Shown here: piece after piece, positions 54,901 to 64,000 of the stretch
Layout of the letters: every line of letters starts with the position of its first letter
How positions within the stretch are numbered: position 1 is the first letter of the stretch
Assembly (NCBI GenBank): GCA_013239625.1
Contig: MU053652.1
Span: 5,137,902-5,201,901 of the forward strand
Length of the DNA stretch: 64,000 bases
Source: Lama guanicoe
Lineage: Eukaryota
Reading direction: 5' to 3'
The notes under the pieces: generated by a model
What the model saw: the letters and a program-made list of their open reading frames with translations, nothing else
Told to the model about the DNA's origin: nothing
Databases searched by the model: none
Program-made: the position numbers and the translations under genes

Positions 54901-57900
54901 GTGTGTATCAATCATAACCTGAGAGAGAGTCAAAGATATCTAATCCGAACTGATTTACCCTTGTGCTAAAAAGATATGTCACCGCATGGTTACAGATCAC
55001 TGGTGGCCTGCTACAAAAGGCATTCAACAGAGAAGAGTCTGATAACAAAGTAGTAAAATTCTGAAAATAAGACACAGCAACATCCTTATATCTTCTATAT
55101 ATATATATTTTAAAAAAAGGCAGCAGCCAGATCTACAGGACAAATTAAGTCCCCCGTTTCCATCCTTCTCCCAAATCTTCACACAGTTGAGTGAGCACCT
55201 CTTCCCATGAGTATCTTTCTACTTATCAAGGGTGTTTAACGGATTAACAGTACTATTTTTCCATAGTTCTTAGAATTAATCTCCCTAAATATCAGGTTAT
55301 GAATGTAATAGAAGTTTAAAAACAGAAATCCTTCTCAGGGACTACACTTAAAAACGAGACAAGATGCAAATGAGACAGCACTTAGAGAAAAATCAGTTGC
55401 ACTGGGGGTCATCTTAGAATGTACTTGAAGCAGTCAGAGGGAGGTTTTTGTTTTTGTTTTTTTTCTAAATAAACAAGAGTATTTATTATCTCTCCAAATG
55501 CTCTCTTCCCACTCTCTATTTGGCACTCTTTAGAAATCATTTCCCTTTCTGCATCTGTATTTCTTAATTTACAGGAAGGAGACCAAGATTAAAAGCCATC
55601 ATCTGACAAAATTATTTTCTTGAACACAGAAAAAGGAGAAGAGATGATCACACAGGTGATTGCTTTGAGGGAAGACATGGGACAGCTGAGGGGGAGTGGG
55701 CACATCGTCATTTACATACTCACACAGGAACCCCAGGGACCAGTTTCGCAATGTTTCTTGTGCAGGACAGACCAACAGACAAGAGTGCCCTGCCATGCAG
55801 TAACATTTACTTTGTGTTCACCGTACGTGCAACACCTCTACCCTGGTCATGCAGAATAAAAACTGATTTATTTAGCAAATGAGGGTTTCATCATACAGTA
55901 CACTGATTTTTTTAAATATCATAATTTCAATACACAAAGGGAAGCAAGCAGAACATCTAAGGTCACCAGAAAGAACAAAATGAAATACAAGAACATGGAG
56001 GAAATATGAAAGAACAGGAGCCTAAGCCTCAGTATATTTAGCACACCTTCAATATCTATTAATTATAAATATAGATCTTCCTTAAATCAGTGGTAATTGC
56101 AAAGAGAATATTCATGATCACTTTGCTAAATAAACAGATGTTTGACTAAACTTACAACTTAATCACCAGCATGAAAGATGATAATCTACCATCATTAAAA
56201 AATACCACATACAAACTTAAATTAAAAGGGGTTTTTAGGGCAACTCTAAGTTCTTCATTAGAACCAGCATCATTACACATTTGAAAAATATTTGTATCCC
56301 CACGCAATTTACATGCCTGTTGATAAAACAGGTGCAAGGCCTGGTAAACGAGATGGAGTCTCAACTGCAGGTGAGACACCTACCACTCAAACCACCATGA
56401 CTGCTTTGGCCCATTTCAGTAAGAAACTACTCAAAGTTACAATCTGCTCAAGCTATAAAACAGGACAAGAATGACAGGCCATATATATGGTTAAAGTTAT
56501 TAAAAAAAAAAAAGAAGAATAAAATCAACACTACTTTCTTCCAAGAGCCAGAAATCATAAATTATCAACTTCCTCCTGAGGAGCAAGGTGACCATCTCAA
56601 GCTCACGGTCAATACAAGAACCTTCCGACTTTCTGAATCCATTCTCTTTAAAATACGGCTTTTTACAAAAAACAGCGTCTAGAAGGAACAGGTTAGAAAG
56701 ATGACAGTGAGGACAGAGCAGACAAGAGAAGGAGAGAGAGGGTGCTGACCTTTCAATGTGGAGCTACCAAAAGGCCGGGGGCTATTTTGCTAGAAAGTAA
56801 AAACATCACCTTCCTCCCTGGCATCGGAGTAGTGACAGTAAATGCTTGCTGACATTCAGCAAGAGGATGAGAGCTGGCTGCCTGAGGAGTGGCCTTCACA
56901 GAATGTCTAGGTAAAAAGCAGAGCTTCAAGGAAAACCGCCTTACAGACTTAAGACTCCTGGGCACTGCAAGGGCACCTCTCCAAATGGAAAACATGCAAC
57001 GAATGACCAACGCCTTGCAAGTTCGCGGGGCTTTGGACCAGTGTACAATTCAGGGCCATCCCTAGTATCAAGCTCCGCACCAATCTTTCATGTCAGTCAT
57101 CTTCCTTTCCCCAAGAGGAAAGTTAAACAGCTGTTTGGATATGAGGCTGGGTCATGCAACACTGGATTTGACCAAAGGGTTTAAAAGAGATGGAAATCCC
57201 TGGAGTGAAAATAAAATTTGAGGGTGGGGAGTGTGACATGTGTTACCTCCAAAATCCTGCCCAGAGACAGGCCTGTGTTTGGGTTTCTACCTCATGAGAG
57301 GTACAAGCAGGAAGATGACCAGAATCCAAGTGTAAAGAACAAGTCAAACGTGATCGCTCTGTCCTCTGAGTCCCCGCAGCACCTGGGTTGCATCCCTTCC
57401 GGCACGTAGCATGTGCTTGTTTAACATGTGCTTGAGTTATTTCCATTACCAGACTGAATTTTTGACACTGGAGACTTCATTTTCATAGCTTTGTATTCCT
57501 CATCACTCCCAACACAATACACTGTTCAGAGTAAGGACCAAGTAACCACCTGAAGAACCGTACTGCAACAGAGTGACTAGACACTGAAAACATTTCTATG
57601 ATGCGTGCTTTGCGGAGCACTGTCATACAAAAAGTGGTACATGGCGCTTGCCACCGCCCCTCCTCCATACCTTCCACTCTTTAAAGTACAACAAACAGGG
57701 AGTTAACATTAACTTATTACTATGGGCTTAAAAAAAAAAAAGCATCGCAACAAAGATGAGTATGGTTCAGTTGAACTGGAATGAAAATGCTCCAAAGAAT
57801 CCTCCAAGGAAATTACTTGCCTCTTCAGAATGCGGACTGCTGAGTTACTACCCCTAGTGACCCTCAGGGAGAGTGACAGTTCCAGAAGCTCAAAGCTGCT

Positions 57901-58831
57901 GAAAATGACACTAATTCAGCCCTTTGGTGACACCAGAGTGGAGAATGAGAAACACCCTTTAATTTGATGCAATTTAAACATCTGCCAAAGACATCTTGGA
58001 GGCACACAGTGTCCTCTGGTCTCACTGGTTCTGCCTGGGGTCAGCTTTCACGTCCACTTTCACACACTAACCATAACACTGTGACATCCTTCGTCTAAGG
58101 CTACCCACATCTGGCCACCAGCTGCCTATCAAGTAGATCTCTTCACCTAGATTACAAAGAATACCTTTCTCAAGTCCCTAGAGGACTTATCTTCCAGGTA
58201 AAGAAGAGCTAGGTGGTGAGTCTTCCGGCTCAATTACCAGAAAGGCGTCCTGGGAACCTGTCCAACTCCAGAGGGGCAGCACTCACACTGAGAACAAGAC
58301 AGTAGAGCCCAGCAATTTCAGGGTATTAGATGTAATAAGAAGGAATACCTTACCTGACTCAAGGGAAACATTGTGGGAATAAAATATAAGGCTTTTAAAG
58401 TGGTCTGAAGTCCCCCAAAAGAACACTAAGTTAGTACCCATTGTTACCACTTATTAGAAGCAAAGTTCAAGAGTAGAGAAATCTACTGTGCTCCATTCTA
58501 ATAAGAGGGACTTTTCAAGTCACTCGCAGAAGAGAAACATTACACCTTTTGTAAGGGCCGTAACAGATACACAGCTGAAGGAAATGTTAAAAAGTGAAGA
58601 GGGAGGAAGTGCTGGCCAAGAAGCACATCACGGAGCAACAGTAAAACACAGGGGGGTATGCAATCCTGTCTGAGAATTACGATCACCTGTGGTACAACAA
58701 GGCCTGCGCTCTGTTCCCGGAGACATTAGTTGTTCTGGTCGACTCCTGGGCCTTTTTTTTTTATGTCTTTTTTTTTTTTGTCTTTTTGTTTTTCAAGTTC
58801 CACATGTAATTTTCAGGTAATGTCCTAGCAA

Positions 58832-59370
58832 TGTTAAAAACAAAGAACAAATAAACAGGTAAAAGGCGAATGGAAAGGGGCATTTCAAGGAGCCATCTTG
58901 TGAAAGAGGAAGTCTTTTAAAAAAAAAAAGAGAGAGAGATAGGCTGGGAGCTGGAACCTCTACCAGAGAGCCTGTACCTGGACAGACACCTCCTGGAGCA
59001 ACAGAATACAAAGAAACTGTAAGGGACTAAAAATAACTACATGAACGCACAGTTGGGGGATTATAAACAGTAAGAGACAAAAAGGCCACAAACCAACGGC
59101 CATTTCTGAGGTGCAAAAGCAGGGTACTGTGTGTGATTCCGGCATAGAGCACCACCAAGCAGATGGACAGACCACCTAAGCTAGGCCTCTTGCCCAACCC
59201 ACCCCTACTGTCACCCCATTTAAGGAACCAGCTTGGCCCTGCCTTGGGGAGCAAGCAAGGGTATCTGTTTCCCTCGTGCTGCAGCCCCAACCAAGCCTTG
59301 CCTAAATTTCTCATCTGGCCTCTTATCAATTTCTATTGATTTAAGAGTCCAAGGACCCAGGTCGGTAACA
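58832..59370 (+). mobile_element. Solo ERV1 LTR, MER41-like artiodactyl family (5' boundary uncertain)
   Basis: AAAGAAACTGTAAGGGACTAAAAATAAC...CAGTTGGGG...AAAAGCAGGGTACTG...AAGCCTTGCCTAAATTTCT...TGGCCTCTTATCAATTTCTATTGAT...GGTCGGTAACA, ending in CA. Confidence 0.75.
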
Positions 59371-59595
59371 AAACCACGTTCAACCTTTGAGAGTCATTTT
59401 AATTTCCTGAGAAAGTTAGTTATACACAGGACAAGTCAATTCTGGGATGAAATACCCACCCAAGTAGCTGAAAAATTGCTGGCATTCCTAAAGAAGAATT
59501 AAAGTTTCCCAGGTAAGTTTCATAAATCAGGCCACATTACAGCTTTTAAGGCAACTACTGGCCCAGATCAGAGGACAAAAAGTCAGACACTAATT

Positions 59596-60387
59596 TGTGT
59601 ACCAATTCTAATATGCGGGGGAAGGGAGTGTCCCCACAGCACCAAGCAATTCTCTGACACCAGTTGGGTGCCGTACCAATTTAACTCAATTCTGACACTA
59701 CCTAGTGTCAGATCCCACTGGTTAAGGGCAAAGTCCTCCAAGACTGCACCCCCCCCCACCTTCCAGATGCCAATCACAAGTCCAGATTGTCACCTGTGCT
59801 TCTTACCAAACGGCTATAAACAACCAACAATCTCCTCCTTCGGTTTGATTAACCTGCTGGAGCGCCTCACAGAACACAGAGAAATATATTACTTACTAGA
59901 TCACCAGTTTATTTTAAAAGGATACAACTCAAGAACAGCCAGTTGGAAGGGATTCGCAGAGCAAGGTATGAGGAGAGGGCAGAGAACTTCAATGTCCTCT
60001 CCAAACATGCACGAAGCTCCTGAAATCTCCAGCGTTCACCAACCTGGAAGCTCTCCAAACCCAATCCTTTGGGTTTTTATGGAAGCCTCCTTAAATGAGC
60101 ACGGTTGATTAAATCACTGGACACTGGCGATTGGTTTGACCTCCAGTGGCTCCTCCCCTTCCCCTGATGCCAGGAGGTGGGACTGAAAGTTCCGATTTTC
60201 CAATCACAAGCTTGCTTCTCTTGGCAACCAACCCCCATCTGCAGGTGAAGCCCAGTCACCTTATTAACATAACAAAAACCACCTTTATAGCTCTCATCAC
60301 TTAGGAAATTCTGGGGGCTTTAAGAGCTCTGTGCTGCAAACAAGGACAAAGACCAAAGATATGTTTATTATAAGTCACAATATCATA
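59596..60387 (-). mobile_element. Solo LTR, MER21-like
   Basis: CCAAGCAATTCTCTGACACCAG...CAATTCTGACACTA...AGATGCCAATCACAAGTCCAG...CTCACAGAAC...GGAAGCTCTCCAAACCC...GACTGAAAGTTCC...TATAAGTCACAATATCATA. Confidence 0.88.
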
Positions 60388-60706
60388 AGTATGATAATGA
60401 TTTTCTCTCCCTACCTCCAGAGGAGATATGGTATGCAATAATGCTTTATAAGGAAAGAGCTTTCCAGAAAGGAAAAAAAGTCCTCTTTAAAGAAATGAGT
60501 GGCTATGACATCTTTGTTACAGAATAACTGAAAATTCCCCGAAGTGTAAAAAACTACGACTATTTCAGACAATTCTTAAGGCAAGCTTATCAAGATTTAT
60601 ATATACATGATTTTGACTTAGATGCCATTACTTTTAATCTTAAAACCCCACCCAGAATCAATCCCACTCCCATCTCCACCACAGCCATCCAGGACACACA
60701 AAAAAG

Positions 60707-60885
60707 GGGATTCTCAACCCTAGCTGCACATCAGAAGCATCTGAAGAGCTTTGAGGAAGGAGGGGGCGGGGGGAGCCATCTGGGACCCACACTTTGAAAT
60801 TCTAATTCAGTAGACCTGGGGCACAGATGGTTTTTAAGAGATCCCTAGGTGACTCTGATGTGCAGTCAAGGGCCGAGAACCTCTG
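60707..60885. mobile_element. MER5A-like hAT-Charlie DNA transposon
   Basis: TTCTCAACCCTAGCTGCACATCAGAAGCATCTG...ATTCTAATTCAGTAGACCTGGGG...CCTAGGTGACTCTGATGTGCAG...GAGAACCTCTG. Confidence 0.8.
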
Positions 60886-61677
60886 CATTCAAAGCATCGA
60901 CACTTAACATTTCCACTCCGCATTGCTCTGCTGATGGAGCCCTGTTGCTGCGGAGTCAGACACGAAGCAGGCGCTAATCGGTTCTGTTCCCTGACACACA
61001 GATGAGTTACTGTGATTCTTTAGGGCTGTAATTTAGTGGAGTTAAGACACTGATGAGTTCATGGCTTTGTTTCTCATTAATCTTTTACTGCATTCCACGT
61101 TGTGTGTGCTTTTCATTCTACGATTCCAAATCAACACGTAAGACATAAATGTTTAAAAAAAATACCCAAGCTGCTGCCTTCTTTTGGTAGCCTTTTGCAT
61201 TCAAAAGATGATCGATGAATAAAAGACACCCACCCACTCCCACCCCAGTCTCCCCAGCCACAGGCACAGCCAGGCCTGTGTCCATTACAAACAAATGCAG
61301 CTAGTTACCCTTAAAACAGGAGTGATTACAGAAACCGGTTTGGGCTTGAATCTTTAATACCTAAGATCTGTGCTTCCAGGCAACAATGAGAATTTAATTA
61401 TGGGGAGTAACCTGAGCACAGGCTCACTTATAGAGAAAGCTGTATAAGTGCTTTACACTGGCCAATATGGGCAGGGGTAGGGGGCTGGGGAGCAGGCAGG
61501 CATTTTATGAAGGGTGTCTCCCCACTCAGAGGCTCTCTTCTGACCAATCTTCTACCATCATGATTTTAGACTTGGAACCCAAGATCTGTAATCTATTTCC
61601 AGAGCAACATCTCCAACACCATCCTCATCAGCAATTGCCCAATTATCCAGGCAGAGGCAGGTGCGTAACAATTTCCA

Positions 61678-61805
61678 GGGGTAGGGTATAGTGGTAGAGT
61701 GCAGTGCTTAGCATGCAAGAGGTCCTGGGTTCAATCCCCGGTACTCCATTAAAAAATAATAATAAACAAACATAATTACCCCCCTTAAAAAAGATAAAAA
61801 GAAAA
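61678..61805 (+). mobile_element. tRNA-Ala-derived SINE (vic-1-like), short deletion in the A-box region
   Basis: GGGTATAGTGGTAGAGTGCAGTGCTTAGCATGCAAGAGGTCCTGGGTTCAATCCCCGGTACTCCATT...AAACATAATTACC plus an A tail. Degenerate TSD AACAATTTCCAG / AAGAACTTCTAG. Confidence 0.9.
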
Positions 61806-62722
61806 AAGAACTTCTAGAGCGCCCTGGCCAGGAAATTAACTATAACAGAAACCCTCAGACCTAGGACAAGAAAAGCTCCCAGAGCAAGAGGTCCAAGTCC
61901 AATGTGATATGTGGCATTTTCTTTCTCCATCTCTTCCATGGTTGTTCTGGGATCTGGGGGGTCAGGACGCTGAGTCCTACTCACTGATCAGCTATATACC
62001 CTCATTGAGTTACTAGCCCTTGGTGGGGGCACTTGGGGTGGATTTATTACCACCCACCCAGTGGGAGGACAGCAAGAGGCTTCATTAAGTCCAGGAACAC
62101 GAAAAGCAGTCCCCCGAGGATGCAGGCCAGGGGAGGGCAGATGATTATTACCGAAGAAATCATGGCGGCTGTCTGGGCCTCAGAAAGCACCCAGCACTGG
62201 GAGAAGCACGTTATTAAAAAAGACAGTAAAATAAATAAATCAGCCTTCTAGGTTCACATAAATATTTCGCTAATCAGTTAAAAGGACAGTAAAGGGAATA
62301 CAGAGAGAGTACCTAACATTTAATGGGGTTTGGGTAAAATATTACACTTTCCAAAAGTTACTCAAGTGTGACAGGGAGTCTATGAGCTAAAATTACTTTT
62401 TCAAATGACCAAGACACTAATTTCTTCTTCAGACCCACAGGGAGGGACCCATACACAGTATCACAAAATGATAACCAGCCATGCCTATTCTTTCCCTTCC
62501 TGAAATCGCAAACACATTTCAGCACAAACCCACCACTCAGCTTCATTAGAATCAAACCAGAGGGAGCCAATGTCACTCCAAGCTATACACCTGTGCACAA
62601 ATTAAAATATCTTAACTCACACTTCCTTGTGCATCAGACACAACAAACCCTGGAAATCTTCTACTGGCTCTTACAGCTAGTTCTCTGGGGCCAGAGGGAA
62701 CGGGGAGTGGGGGCGGGGGTGG

Positions 62723-63171
62723 NNNNNNNNNNNNNNNNNNNNNNNNNNNNNNNNNNNNNNNNNNNNNNNNNNNNNNNNNNNNNNNNNNNNNNNNNNNNNN
62801 NNNNNNNNNNNNNNNNNNNNNNNNNNNNNNNNNNNNNNNNNNNNNNNNNNNNNNNNNNNNNNNNNNNNNNNNNNNNNNNNNNNNNNNNNNNNNNNNNNNN
62901 NNNNNNNNNNNNNNNNNNNNNNNNNNNNNNNNNNNNNNNNNNNNNNNNNNNNNNNNNNNNNNNNNNNNNNNNNNNNNNNNNNNNNNNNNNNNNNNNNNNN
63001 NNNNNNNNNNNNNNNNNNNNNNNNNNNNNNNNNNNNNNNNNNNNNNNNNNNNNNNNNNNNNNNNNNNNNNNNNNNNNNNNNNNNNNNNNNNNNNNNNNNN
63101 NNNNNNNNNNNNNNNNNNNNNNNNNNNNNNNNNNNNNNNNNNNNNNNNNNNNNNNNNNNNNNNNNNNNNNN
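62723..63171. other. Assembly gap (449 N) flanked by G-rich low-complexity sequence
   Basis: Run of N with GGGG tracts on both sides. Confidence 0.99.
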
Positions 63172-64000
63172 AGGGGCGGGGGTGGGGGGGTGCAGGGGTG
63201 AGGGTGTGGGTGCAGGGGTGGGGGGTGGAATAAAGGGCACCTCCTGACACTCTAGTAATTGAGCTCTTATCCCTCTATCCTCCCCTGGTCTCCTGTGTTC
63301 CCTGACCATGTTTATCTGAAGAGACGGTCATCTCCAAAGGATAGAGACATGAAAAAGACCCAAGTTTAAAAAACAGCAAACAGATGCAACTTTAATTTGG
63401 AGTCAAAACTCACTTCCTGCTGATGGAGTTCTCCCAGATAAGAAGCTGATCCCTACAGAAACAGCTTTCAGTGTGACCACAACTATACTGCCGGTGACTA
63501 AGAGGATCCCCAGGAGTAAGCAATGTGCCAGTCTTGGGATATAGGGGAGGGGAATGACTTGCCAACAGCAAGTACTGACCCGCAAGAAAACACACACAAA
63601 AAACAAGCAAAGAATGCACAACTGTGCATTTGAGCAATTTAGAGGATGTGACAGTGCCTTCTAATTATCCCATACAGATGTTAACCACGCAAAGAGTTGC
63701 GGTAACTTCTGAGTCCCCACATAATATGCTCTATGCTCCCCAAGGCACCAAACCAGAGTTTTTGGCCAAGTAAGAACACAATAGTTCAGCTGCTGAGTGA
63801 CACGGATCACAGAGTACACTGTACACCTGCGGCTGCATGTCAATGGCTCCCGTTTTGTCTGGAAGTGTATTTGAGATGCTAACTGTAGCTTACTGCCTCA
63901 ACGATTTGAGCCTTAACTCTCTGTCAACACCACACCAGAAGTGGTGACTTCCTGAGATCAAACAAGACTCTGTTGCCAGTTTTACACACAGAGACAGCCC

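Noticed and set aside
57405..57437. Repeated CATGTGCTTG resembling a p53 element
   Set aside because: Does not fit RRRCWWGYYY half-sites well.
59668..60108. 146-aa ORF
   Set aside because: Lies wholly within a MER21-like LTR.
62593..63309. Three ORFs of 200+ aa in the track
   Set aside because: Artefacts of translating through the N gap.

Overview
Mammalian genomic DNA, not prokaryotic and most likely camelid (alpaca/camel lineage), judged from five copies of a short tRNA-Ala(AGC)-derived SINE resembling camelid vic-1. I found no intact protein-coding gene. The clearest feature is a full-length processed pseudogene of ribosomal protein S6 (RPS6) at about 50150-50987 (+). It has a 5'TOP-like UTR, three premature stops, a poly(A) tail and target-site duplications, and it sits inside an old L2 element just after the RT YADD-like motif. 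The rest is a mosaic of decayed repeats (L1, L2, L3/CR1, MIR, MaLR and ERV LTRs, hAT and Tigger DNA transposons), microsatellites, a few enhancer- or promoter-like patches (about 19.6, 22.0 and 44.1 kb) and a 449-nt N gap in G-rich sequence. A-rich skew on + and the orientation of insertions suggest the window lies in an intron of an unidentified minus-strand gene. I found no convincing evidence of a novel biological system. Repeat subfamily names are recognised from memory of consensus sequences, and their boundaries are approximate.
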